DNA of 64,000 nucleotides from Bacillota bacterium (GTDB taxonomy: Bacteria > Bacillota > Clostridia > Christensenellales > DTU072). The stretch is taken from positions 6,768-70,767 of the forward strand of contig WQYD01000004.1 of the NCBI GenBank assembly GCA_009781445.1, written 5' to 3'. Positions within the stretch are counted from its first letter, which is position 1. Every line of letters begins with the position of its first letter. The notes under the pieces are model-generated. The model worked only from the letters and a program-made list of their open reading frames with translations. It did no database searches and was not told the DNA's origin. The position numbers and the translations under genes are program-made. Positions 44,923 through 53,905 of the stretch are shown here, one piece after another.

Positions 44923-46452
44923 ATGCAAAAAACAATTTTAACATTTGATTGCGGTACGCAAAGCATAAGAGCAATGCTTTATGATACCAAGGGTGAACTT
45001 CTTGCCAAGGCAAAAAGGAAGTATGACGAGCCGTATTTTTCGGTGAAACCGCATTACGCGGAACAGCACGCGGATTTTTATTGGGAAAATTTGTGTGCTT
45101 CGGCAAAGGAATTAAAAGAACAGAATGCAGGGCTTTGGGATTCTATAATCGGCGTTACGGTTACCTGTATGCGCGATGTTGGCATTTGTTTGGACGCAGA
45201 TATGAAGCCTTTGCGCCCTGCAATGCTGTGGCTTGATGTGAGGAAAGCACCGCCACCCAAACTTCCGCTTATGGGCAGGGCTTTATACTCACTTGTGGGC
45301 ATGAAAGAAATTGTCCGCATGAAAAGCGATGATTGCAAAAGTTCATGGATTCGCCACCACGAACCTGAGATTTGGGCAAAAACCGCAAAGTTCGTTCAGC
45401 TTTCAGCTTATCTCAATTACAAACTCACAGGGGTTTTGAGTGATAGCGTGGCTTCAACCGTGGGGCATATTCCGTTTGATTACAAAAAGGGCGAATGGCT
45501 TAAGGATAACCATTGGCAGGCTTCACTTTTCAGGGTGGAATATAACAAACTTTATCCGCTTGCCAAGCCGGGGGAACTTCTTGGCGAAATTACCGAAACG
45601 GCTTCAAAGGAAAGCGGTGTGTTAAAAGGCTTGCCTGTAGTGGCAAGCGGAAGTGATAAAAGCTGTGAAACCGTGGGAACAGGCGCGATATATGAGGACT
45701 GTGCCAGCATAAGTTTCGGCACAACTTCCACAATGCAACTTACCACCAAAAAGTATTGCGAACCTGTTAAATTCTTGCCTGCGTACCAAGCGGTTTATGC
45801 GGGGCGTTTTAACCCCGAATTCATAATTTACCGCGGATATTGGTTGCTTACATGGTTTGTGGAACAGTTTATGAAAGGCGAAAAAGAAAAGCTGAAGGAC
45901 GGCAGTGTGGAAGCAAAACTTAACGAAAAACTTAAGGATGTCCCCCCCTGTTGCCAAGGGCTTTACCTCATGCCTTATTGGAACCCGGGGATTAATCTTC
46001 CCGAAGCCCGCGGAACAATGATTGGCTTTACCGCTGCCCACACGGCGGTTCATGTGTACCGTGCGCTAATTGAAGGTATCAATTTTGAACTCAAAAAAGG
46101 CATGGAAGTGCTTGAAAAGCAGGCAAAAACCAAAGTTAAGAGGCTTTTCGTTTCGGGTGGCGGTGCGCAAAGTGACGAAATTTTGCAAATAACCGCAGAT
46201 ATGTTCAACCTTCCCGTAACGCGCGTGCAAACCGTGGAAACCAGCGGACTCGGCGCGGCGGTTTGCGCTTTCAGCGGTTTAAAGGTGTTCCCCTCACTTG
46301 AGGACGCAATTAAAAACATGGTAACCGAAACCAAAACTTTCACCCCCAACCCCGAAATCCACAGGATTTATAAGGATTTTTACGAAAATATCTATAAAAC
46401 CACCTATAAAAAGCTAAAAAAGGTATTCAAAATAATTCACGAAAAGCACTAA
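44923..46452 (+). CDS. FGGY-family carbohydrate kinase (glycerol/xylulose kinase-like)
   Basis: N-terminal LTFDCGTQSIRAML and C-terminal FVSGGGAQSDEILQITADMF. Confidence 0.85.
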   Translation: MQKTILTFDCGTQSIRAMLYDTKGELLAKAKRKYDEPYFSVKPHYAEQHADFYWENLCASAKELKEQNAGLWDSIIGVTVTCMRDVGICLDADMKPLRPAMLWLDVRKAPPPKLPLMGRALYSLVGMKEIVRMKSDDCKSSWIRHHEPEIWAKTAKFVQLSAYLNYKLTGVLSDSVASTVGHIPFDYKKGEWLKDNHWQASLFRVEYNKLYPLAKPGELLGEITETASKESGVLKGLPVVASGSDKSCETVGTGAIYEDCASISFGTTSTMQLTTKKYCEPVKFLPAYQAVYAGRFNPEFIIYRGYWLLTWFVEQFMKGEKEKLKDGSVEAKLNEKLKDVPPCCQGLYLMPYWNPGINLPEARGTMIGFTAAHTAVHVYRALIEGINFELKKGMEVLEKQAKTKVKRLFVSGGGAQSDEILQITADMFNLPVTRVQTVETSGLGAAVCAFSGLKVFPSLEDAIKNMVTETKTFTPNPEIHRIYKDFYENIYKTTYKKLKKVFKIIHEKH

Positions 46453-46456
46453 TACG

Positions 46457-46542
46457 AAGGAAAAGTGAAACGAGAAACGATAAAAGAGAAACATGGCGGA
46501 ATCTAAATATCATTATTAGTTAATTGATCCATAATTCTGAAT
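46457..46542. repeat. Mosaic element: (ACGAGAA)-type arm, core 46498, (AATTCTG)
   Basis: Read directly. Confidence 0.8.
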
Positions 46543-46551
46543 CAAACCACA

Positions 46552-46989
46552 ATGAATGAAAAGAGAAGGGATTTGAACATAGCGAGGAAGATTTTAGTTA
46601 TAGCGGTGCTACTAATTACGGCATGTACACTATTTGCGTGTGGCAACAAGCCTGCGATTAGAAGGTTTGAGGGGTTGAGCGATTTGCCCGCAAATCCAGA
46701 CAGGATTGCTTATAAAACATTTCGGCTTTCAGAAGACGGAACTGAAGGTGAAAGAATAGAAGTTGATGTTCCAACGGAAAAAATAGGCTATGTCATGGGC
46801 TTGCTTTTTGCACGAAGATATACAGCCCTTCCGAAGCATATTAAAATAGACCTTTCAAATCATTATATAAGGATTCATAAAGGGAACAAAACTTGGAACT
46901 TTCACGCTTCCCTGATATGGCACAACGGACGCTGGTATAAGCCCATACATGATGACGCACTGGGCGGTTACTTACTTTCTTTAATATAA
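46552..46989 (+). CDS. Lipoprotein, function unknown
   Basis: Lipobox LITACTLFAC-GN. Confidence 0.7.
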   Translation: MNEKRRDLNIARKILVIAVLLITACTLFACGNKPAIRRFEGLSDLPANPDRIAYKTFRLSEDGTEGERIEVDVPTEKIGYVMGLLFARRYTALPKHIKIDLSNHYIRIHKGNKTWNFHASLIWHNGRWYKPIHDDALGGYLLSLI

Positions 46990-47021
46990 CGAAATTAGCG
47001 GAAAAACTTGAGGGAAAAAAC

Positions 47022-47528
47022 ATGAGAACACATAAATTACGAATTGGCAGAGTTGTTCTAACTGTTTTAGTGGCATTGCTTCTTCTTGTTGGGTGCAATT
47101 CGGGAATTGCGTTTGAAATAGGCTACAGCGGAATAGTGCCTTTCGGATATGTGGGTGGCACGGCTATTCTTATGCTTGAATTCGTGAGTTCGCCCCAAGA
47201 GTTAAAAAACTTGTGCGCAGAGAAAGGCGTTTCTGCTTTTGACGAAAGTAGCGTGTATTTTACGGGCGGACTAAGCAAAAAAATCCGCAACTATGACGAG
47301 GCATACTTTAAAGATAAGATACTGATAATCTATTCTTTTGAGAGAGGACACAGAAGAGAAACAAGAATAGATAGCATTAGCTTTGACAGAGAGCAGATAA
47401 CTGTTAATGCACGCCACAAGGAAAGAAGAGGAAATCTTACTGACGAGGCTTTTATTTGGCTAATTATGATTGAAGTCAACAAAGCAGACACCGCAGGCGC
47501 AAGCACCATACAAATAAAATACAAATAA
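47022..47528 (+). CDS. Lipoprotein, function unknown
   Basis: Lipobox LLLLVGC-NSG. Confidence 0.7.
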   Translation: MRTHKLRIGRVVLTVLVALLLLVGCNSGIAFEIGYSGIVPFGYVGGTAILMLEFVSSPQELKNLCAEKGVSAFDESSVYFTGGLSKKIRNYDEAYFKDKILIIYSFERGHRRETRIDSISFDREQITVNARHKERRGNLTDEAFIWLIMIEVNKADTAGASTIQIKYK

Positions 47529-47658
47529 AAATTCAAATCAATAAATCTTTTCGGTGGTGTTTATGAAAAAAAGTGAAAGTTTTAGCTTTGGGTATGTCAG
47601 ATAATAAAACCTATGGTATACTTATTAAGGAATTAGATTTTAAAAAGGAAACAAATAT

Positions 47659-49422
47659 ATGAGCAAAAAAGACAAAGATTTCAGATTAACATGGCAAGCG
47701 GAAGCACCCAAGCACAAAACGCACAAGCCTTACAAGGGTTTTAAGCCCGAATTTGATGTGAAAGATCCTGAAGCAGGTACTTACAGAAGCATTTTTAAGT
47801 GGGGTGCGCAGGATTTCCACAAGATTCCCAAAGAGGGGCTTTTGAAGCTGATTAAGGAAAGATTCGGCATGACGGATGAGGACTTTAAGAAGAGGCTTCC
47901 AAATGACGGACACGAAAAAGTGGAATATGATATTCCATTAAAGCTAACCGCAAAGCAACTTTCCGCGCTTGAAGCGATTGTGGGAAAGGATAATATTAAA
48001 ACCGATGATTACACAAGGCTTTCCGTGGCGTACGGCAAAACCATGTTTGATCTTTTGAGGTTAAGAAACAAAATTGTGGAAAATGTTCCCGATGCGGTTC
48101 TTTATCCTGCGGAAACTGAACAAATTGAGAAAATTGTTGAATTTTGCAACAAAGAAAGGATTCCTGTGTATGTTTACGGTGGCGGTTCGTCTGTTACCCG
48201 CGGGGTTGAATGCGTGAAGGGCGGAATCAGCCTTGATTTAAGGAAGAATTTTAATAAGGTGGTTAAATTTAACAAAGTTAACCAAACGGTTACCGTGCAA
48301 GCAGGCATGATGGGGCCTGCGCTTGAGGAATACCTTAATATGTTGCCTTTAACAGACGGCACAAAATATGCTTACACCTGCGGACATTTCCCCCAATCCT
48401 ATAAATGGTCTTCGGTGGGCGGTTGGGTTGTTACGCGCGGTGCGGGGCAAAATTCCACATATTTCGGCAAAATTGAAAATATCGTGATGCACCAAAAGTA
48501 CGCAACCCCTATCGGCGTTATTGAAACGGATAGCATTCCTGCCAAAGCCACTGGGCCAGATATCGGGCAAATCATGATGGGCGCAGAGGGAACATTCGGC
48601 GTGCTTACAGAGGTTACTTTGCGTGTGTTCAGGCTTATGGAAGATAACCAATTCCGCTTTGGCTTTATGTTCAGAACATGGCAAGATGCGCAAGCGTTCG
48701 GGCGCGAAGTTATGCAGTGCCAAGCAGGTTTCCCCTCAGTTTTCAGGCTTTCGGACGGCGAAGAAACCGAAATGATGATGTATAACTATAATCTTGACGA
48801 AATGAAACCCGTAATGGCACTTTTAAAAATGAAAGGCTACGAACTCGGGAAAATGAGCCTTTGTTTGGGATTTACAGACGGCGAAAAGGGCTTTTGCAAA
48901 AATGTACTTAAAAATGTGAAGAAACTTGCGAAGCAATACGGCGGAATGTCCTTAACGGGCGTGGTAACCAAAGAGTGGGAAAAAGGCAGGTTTACAGATC
49001 CTTACTTGCGCGATACGGTGCAAGATTTCGGCATAATGATTGAAACGCTTGAATGCGCCATGAATTGGGATAATATGAACCATGTTTGGGAATATGTGAG
49101 AAATTACTGCAAATCCCGCCCAAATACCATAGTTTGCACGCATATTTCGCACGCATATCCCCAAGGCGCGAACCTTTACTTCATTTTTATAGCGAAAATG
49201 ACGGAAATGGAAGAATTTAAAGCCTACCACAGCGGACTGCTTCAAGCAATCCATGATTCAGGCGCGGCAATGAGCCACCACCACGGAATCGGCAAAATGT
49301 TCGCCCCTTGGCTAAGAACAAGCGTCCTCGGTGAAAGCCAACATGACATAATTAAAGCACTAAGAAAGCACTTTGATCCTAACTGCATAATGAACCCCGG
49401 CGGGACATTGGGATTGGATTAA
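47659..49422 (+). CDS. FAD-linked oxidase (GlcD / alkyl-DHAP-synthase-like, FAD_binding_4 plus C-terminal oxidase domain)
   Basis: VYVYGGGSSVTRG, and HHHGIGK near the C-terminus; 587 aa. Confidence 0.85.
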   Translation: MSKKDKDFRLTWQAEAPKHKTHKPYKGFKPEFDVKDPEAGTYRSIFKWGAQDFHKIPKEGLLKLIKERFGMTDEDFKKRLPNDGHEKVEYDIPLKLTAKQLSALEAIVGKDNIKTDDYTRLSVAYGKTMFDLLRLRNKIVENVPDAVLYPAETEQIEKIVEFCNKERIPVYVYGGGSSVTRGVECVKGGISLDLRKNFNKVVKFNKVNQTVTVQAGMMGPALEEYLNMLPLTDGTKYAYTCGHFPQSYKWSSVGGWVVTRGAGQNSTYFGKIENIVMHQKYATPIGVIETDSIPAKATGPDIGQIMMGAEGTFGVLTEVTLRVFRLMEDNQFRFGFMFRTWQDAQAFGREVMQCQAGFPSVFRLSDGEETEMMMYNYNLDEMKPVMALLKMKGYELGKMSLCLGFTDGEKGFCKNVLKNVKKLAKQYGGMSLTGVVTKEWEKGRFTDPYLRDTVQDFGIMIETLECAMNWDNMNHVWEYVRNYCKSRPNTIVCTHISHAYPQGANLYFIFIAKMTEMEEFKAYHSGLLQAIHDSGAAMSHHHGIGKMFAPWLRTSVLGESQHDIIKALRKHFDPNCIMNPGGTLGLD

Positions 49423-49666
49423 AAAAGAGGCGAAAGCCCGCAGAGCGTTAACAAATCCCTACGGGCTTTCTTAACACTCTGTTGAGGGGGCAAATGTTCG
49501 TAATTACTCACCGCCTGCCCCCTCTATTGCCGATTTATCGGCAACATTCACCCCTCAGCGCGGATTTATTCACGCGCTTCGCGCTAAAATCCGTAAGGGG
49601 CGGTGTCAAAAAGTGCGATTTTTGCCTCCGCGCTTGCTACCGCAAGCACCATAGATTGTCTTGTAA

Positions 49667-49743
49667 GCAAATCTCATTATTGATTTATCCGCATAAAGCC
49701 CCAAAGGGGCGCAATGTGCATAACCGCGGGTGAAACCCACGGC
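49667..49743. repeat. Inverted single copy of the two-hairpin unit seen three times at 28331-28634, including a partial core (AATAATGAGATTTGC on the minus strand)
   Basis: The reverse complement reads GCCGTGGGTTTCACCCGCGGTTATGCACATTGCGCCCCTTTGGGGC...AATAATGAGATTT. Confidence 0.75.
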
Positions 49744-49777
49744 AAAGTGAGAGTGTAGCAAGCTTACCCACACAAAC

Positions 49778-49815
49778 AAACCCCCCTTTCTGCCGTTGGC
49801 AGAAAGGGGGGTTTT
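49778..49815. terminator. Bidirectional rho-independent terminator
   Basis: AAACCCCCCTTTCTGCC-GT-TGGCAGAAAGGGGGGTTTT. Confidence 0.8.
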
Positions 49816-50076
49816 GTGTTGCTATCTGCGTTTCTTCACCTTGCCTCGCGCTACGCTTACGCTTGCACGGGGTTATACACATTTCACCCCTGCGGGGTTC
49901 TGTAAGGAATTAGCCAATATGATAAGGGATTAGGGGCGGAAGTGAAGAGCGAAAAGTGAAGAATGGTGGATTAATTAGTATTGTAATTAAATTCCGTGCC
50001 GTGTTCTCAATGCTTGTTGGAAAGTTAGTCGTTCCGCGTTTTGAGAAGTCGTTTCTTCGTGACTTTAATGACTTAT

Positions 50077-50379
50077 TTATTTTTTGAAAGCATAGTCATA
50101 ATCTTGTAGCCGATGCTTGCACCTCTTAACTTCGTCTTCCGTAAACAACGAAGACCACTTTTCGTATACAAGAGATTCAACAGTTAAATCTAAACGCTTT
50201 AATTCCAAAAGCCTTGTGTAGCCAGAACTTACAACATCGGCATTGATAAGATATCGAGCAGTTTTAATTGCTCCTTTGGTAGTTATCATATCTAAAAAAA
50301 TTGTCGGTTTATATCCGATTTTTTTCGCTTCCCGATAAATATCAAGCATATCTTGTTCAAACTGTTTAATGTTATCCAT
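50077..50379 (-). CDS. Hypothetical 100-aa protein (second gene of a two-gene cassette)
   Basis: Start taken at MDNIKQFEQDML with a GGGGGAAA RBS, 14 nt after the upstream stop. Recalls uncharacterised proteins often seen near R-M genes (..YREAKK.GY.PT.FL.M......TA..L......S.G...L.E..RLDLTVE.LV....). No named family. Confidence 0.7.
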   Translation of the reverse strand: MDNIKQFEQDMLDIYREAKKIGYKPTIFLDMITTKGAIKTARYLINADVVSSGYTRLLELKRLDLTVESLVYEKWSSLFTEDEVKRCKHRLQDYDYAFKK

Positions 50380-50392
50380 AAATATTTCCCCC

Positions 50393-51037
50393 TTATATTT
50401 TGTAAAACACGACCCTTTCATCGTCAAGGCTAACTGTGTCAACTTGATACCCATAACTGCACCACACTTTTTTCCATACATGAGTCGGCGACTTTTCAGA
50501 AGCACCGTACCAAGCAATCTGATGTTTTCTTAAACTATCTATCAACCTGAAGCCCAAAATGCGCTCTATTTCAGAAAAAGATAGCTCTATTTTTTCTTTA
50601 CCCGATTTTTCAAGGTATTGTCCTAATGGTTGATATTTGCTCATGGTTGCTTTTCCCTCCGATGTAAATCGTATTCTTTCAAATTTTACCCTTTCATTGT
50701 CAATGTCAACTTCGGTTGTACGAAACCCAATGTTGAACCAAGCCCGCGAAAGAGAGTGTGTTTGCGTGTTTGCCCACATTGCCCTGTGTTCTCGTGCAGA
50801 CGGCGGTAGCTTCTCGCCAAGAATCTTCTCAATTTCACCAAATGTCAAAGGAATGACATCCTCGTTGCTACTTAGCAAATAGTCAGACAAATATCTGTAT
50901 TTTCCTTTTACTTCACTTACGCATTCTGATTCGCAGACACCAGATTGTGTGCTACATGCCACCTTTTCCAAAACCGCAACCTTTTCTTCAAGCGTTAGAA
51001 CGCGCTCAAACAACTCTAATAGCAATTTATCACTCAT
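50393..51037 (-). CDS. Hypothetical 214-aa protein with a coiled N-terminus and two tandem copies of a ~80-aa module
   Basis: Start taken at MSDKLL with a GGAGG RBS. Repeat 1 is KYRYLSDYLL...LTFGEIEKILGEKLPPSAREHRAMWAN...VDIDNERVKFERI. Repeat 2 is KYQPLGQYLE...LSFSEIERILGFRLIDSLRKHQIAWYG...VSLDDERVVFYKI. Confidence 0.75.
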   Translation of the reverse strand: MSDKLLLELFERVLTLEEKVAVLEKVACSTQSGVCESECVSEVKGKYRYLSDYLLSSNEDVIPLTFGEIEKILGEKLPPSAREHRAMWANTQTHSLSRAWFNIGFRTTEVDIDNERVKFERIRFTSEGKATMSKYQPLGQYLEKSGKEKIELSFSEIERILGFRLIDSLRKHQIAWYGASEKSPTHVWKKVWCSYGYQVDTVSLDDERVVFYKI

Positions 51038-51299
51038 TTTACTGACCTCCAAACCTTTGTTTTCTAAATAATATCATAACCAATGTTAAATTGCAACAAT
51101 TTTCATAATAATTATTAACTATTTTTAATACCAAATGTTTGTGTATCAATTATTCACTTTGTTATGTCTTTTTGCGATACACTGCTTCACCCAATCTGCA
51201 AATCAATCCGCGCCTTTGCCGAACAAACGGCAAGTATCTTTTTATGATCTTTTGCATATACTATTTACATAGTGATATTACATATGATATCATATTTAT

Positions 51300-51554
51300 A
51301 TGGCAACCGTAGTATACAAAAGGCAACCCGAAAAATACCTAAAAAGTGTGGACGCTAACACTTATAGGAAATTAAGGTGTGCGTTAGAGGGTTTGGCAGA
51401 CGGCAAAGGTGATATTGTAAAACTGCAAGGCAGTGAATACTATAGGCTTAAAATTGAGCATTATAGGGCAATATTTACCTATGACAAGGCGCAAGACATT
51501 ATTACGGTTGAAGAACTAAACACAAGAACAAATATTAAATATAGAAGGTGGTAA
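51300..51554 (+). CDS. RelE/ParE-family type II toxin
   Basis: 84 aa. YYRLKIEHYRAIFTYD...IITVEEL pattern typical of RelE/ParE toxins. Confidence 0.75.
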   Translation: MATVVYKRQPEKYLKSVDANTYRKLRCALEGLADGKGDIVKLQGSEYYRLKIEHYRAIFTYDKAQDIITVEELNTRTNIKYRRW

Positions 51555-51555
51555 T

Positions 51556-51786
51556 ATGACACTATTTGACAATGTACCCGAAGTAAGCCCTGAACAAGAG
51601 GATTTGCAAATGATAAAAAAGATTGCAAAAAGAAAGGACAAAACGGTTAAAACGATTGAAGAAATTGAATATAACGGTAAAATATTATTGCGTGTACCCA
51701 AATCTTTGCATAAGCAATTAGTGGCAAAAGCTAAAGCTGAGGGCGTAAGCCTTAACCAACTCATACTTTATAGATTGGCACAATAG
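51556..51786 (+). CDS. Antitoxin with a C-terminal ribbon-helix-helix (HicB/CopG-like)
   Basis: 76 aa, 1 nt after the toxin stop. LLRVPKSLHKQLVAKAKAEGVSLNQLILYRL. Confidence 0.7.
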   Translation: MTLFDNVPEVSPEQEDLQMIKKIAKRKDKTVKTIEEIEYNGKILLRVPKSLHKQLVAKAKAEGVSLNQLILYRLAQ

Positions 51787-51799
51787 GCGTGGAATTATT

Positions 51800-51997
51800 T
51801 GTGAAGACGGCTTCGCCTTGTGAAGACGCAAACAAGTTTGCTTATGAAGCCGTTCACTTCGTTCACTTGTGAAGAGTTGCTTCGCAACATGGCGGAATGT
51901 TTATATATAATAATCCACCATGCAGGCTTGCCTGCACTTCATAAGGCGAAGCCGGCTTCACAAGCGTAGCGTCTTCACGCGCCAAAGGCGCACTTCA
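51800..51997. repeat. Family-B long hairpin element (core TAATCCACCATGCAGGCTTGCCTGC at ~51911)
   Basis: Arms GTGAAGACG.../...CGTCTTCAC are reverse complements. Homologous to 24576-25066 and 10563-10727. Confidence 0.8.
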
Positions 51998-52039
51998 TTT
52001 TTAATTCCGAATAAAACCTAATCCCTAATCCCTATTCCC

Positions 52040-53905
52040 TCATTTTTGCGTCCGCAAAAATATCGCCACCACCGTAATATCCGCAGGGGTTACACCGCTT
52101 ATGCGTGAGGCTTGGGCGAGGGTGAGGGGTTTAACCTTGTTTAGCTTTTCTGAGGCTTCTTTTCTTAGCCCGTGGATTTGGCTAAAGTCCAGCCCTTGGG
52201 GCAGGGGGGCGGATTCCATTTTAACCATGCTTAGGATATTTTCTTGTTCTTTTAAAAGATATCCCTCATATTTAATTTCAATTTCAAGGTGCTTTAAAAT
52301 TTCGGGGCTTACTTCTTGAAGTTCGGGAAACCTTTCGCGGACGGCTTCGGCGGTAATTCCTGCGCGTTTTAAAAGAGTGCGGATGCTTACGCCACCTTTT
52401 GGCGGATTTTCGTTAAAAGATAAGCAAAAATCTGAAACGGCGGTGGGGGAATAGCTTTTTGAAAGAAGTTTTTCGGCTATCTTTATTTGTTTTAATTTTT
52501 CTTGAAAAAGGGCATACCGCCTATCGCAAACCGTGCCGATTTCTCTGCCAAGTTCGGTAAGGCGCAAATCCGCGTTATCTTGCCTTAAATGCAAGCGGTG
52601 TTCTGCGCGCGAAGTCATCATGCGGTAAGGTTCGTTAGTGCCTTTTGTAACCAAATCGTCTATCAGTACGCCGATATAGCTTTGATCGCGCCTCATTACT
52701 ATGCCTTTTTTGCCCTCAATGCTTCGCACAGCGTTAACCCCTGCCACGAATCCTTGGGCGGACGCTTCCTCATATCCGCTTGAACCGTTAACCTGCCCCG
52801 CAAGAAAAAGCCCCTTGATATTTTTAACTTCAAGTGTGGGATATAGGCATAAAGGATCTACGCAATCATATTCAATGGCATAGCCGTACCGCGTGATAAC
52901 CGCGTTTTCAAGCCCCTTAACCGTTCTTAACATTTGTTCCTGAATGTCATAAGGCAGTGAAGTGGAAAGCCCTTGCACATAATATTCGTCTGTATCCGCG
53001 CCCTCGGGTTCAAGGAAAATTTGGTGCTTATCCTTATCCTTAAACCTCACCACTTTATCTTCAATTGAGGGGCAATACCTCGGGCCTGTGCCACTAATTA
53101 AACCGTTATACATTGGTGCTTTATCAAGGTTATTTAAAATTATTTTATGCGTGGCTTCCGTGGTGTACGAAAGAAAACATTTGTAGTCGTTCCGCGGTTG
53201 AAATTCTGTTAAAAAAGAGAAGTTTGGGTTACCAATATCGCCAACTTGAGGCACTAAATCAGCAAAATTGATTGAAGTGCCTTGCACGCGCATAGGCGTC
53301 CCCGTTTTGAATCTTCGCACGCTTAAGCCAAGTTTTTTAAGGCTGTCTGTTAAAGCTTCACTGCGCATAAAGCCCGAAGGCCCTGCCTCTTTTTGATATT
53401 CACCTGTAATGATTTTTGAATTAAGAAAAACCCCCGAAGCAAGCACAACCGCTTTTGCAAAAAAGGTTTGCCCAAGTGCGGTTTTAACCCCCGTAACCCT
53501 TGTTTCACCGTTTTCGCTTATGCTTAGAATCTCTATTGCTTCCGCTTGATGCACGGAAATGTGCTTTGTTAATTCAAGCCGTTTTTTCATGGTACGGCGG
53601 TATAATTCCTTATCAACCTGCGCCCTTAAACTTTGCACAGCGTAACCGCTTGAAAGGTTTAGCGTTCGGCTTTGGATTGTGGCAATGTCTGCCACTTCAC
53701 CGATTAAACCGCCAAGCGCGTCTACTTCGCGCACAAGATGCCCTTTAGCCGTTCCGCCTATGTTAGGATTGCAAGCAAGCATGGCAATGCAGTCAAGCGA
53801 AAGCGATAGCAAGAGAACTTCCTTGTTTAGCTTTGCAATCGCATTTGCCGATTCCGCGCCCGCGTGTCCGCCACCGATTACGATTATATCAAATTCTTTT
53901 TTCAT
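52040..53905 (-). CDS. mnmG: tRNA uridine 5-carboxymethylaminomethyl modification enzyme MnmG (GidA)
   Basis: FDIIVIGGGHAGAE FAD motif; 621 aa; C-terminal ...SGVTPADI. Confidence 0.95.
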   Translation of the reverse strand: MKKEFDIIVIGGGHAGAESANAIAKLNKEVLLLSLSLDCIAMLACNPNIGGTAKGHLVREVDALGGLIGEVADIATIQSRTLNLSSGYAVQSLRAQVDKELYRRTMKKRLELTKHISVHQAEAIEILSISENGETRVTGVKTALGQTFFAKAVVLASGVFLNSKIITGEYQKEAGPSGFMRSEALTDSLKKLGLSVRRFKTGTPMRVQGTSINFADLVPQVGDIGNPNFSFLTEFQPRNDYKCFLSYTTEATHKIILNNLDKAPMYNGLISGTGPRYCPSIEDKVVRFKDKDKHQIFLEPEGADTDEYYVQGLSTSLPYDIQEQMLRTVKGLENAVITRYGYAIEYDCVDPLCLYPTLEVKNIKGLFLAGQVNGSSGYEEASAQGFVAGVNAVRSIEGKKGIVMRRDQSYIGVLIDDLVTKGTNEPYRMMTSRAEHRLHLRQDNADLRLTELGREIGTVCDRRYALFQEKLKQIKIAEKLLSKSYSPTAVSDFCLSFNENPPKGGVSIRTLLKRAGITAEAVRERFPELQEVSPEILKHLEIEIKYEGYLLKEQENILSMVKMESAPLPQGLDFSQIHGLRKEASEKLNKVKPLTLAQASRISGVTPADITVVAIFLRTQK

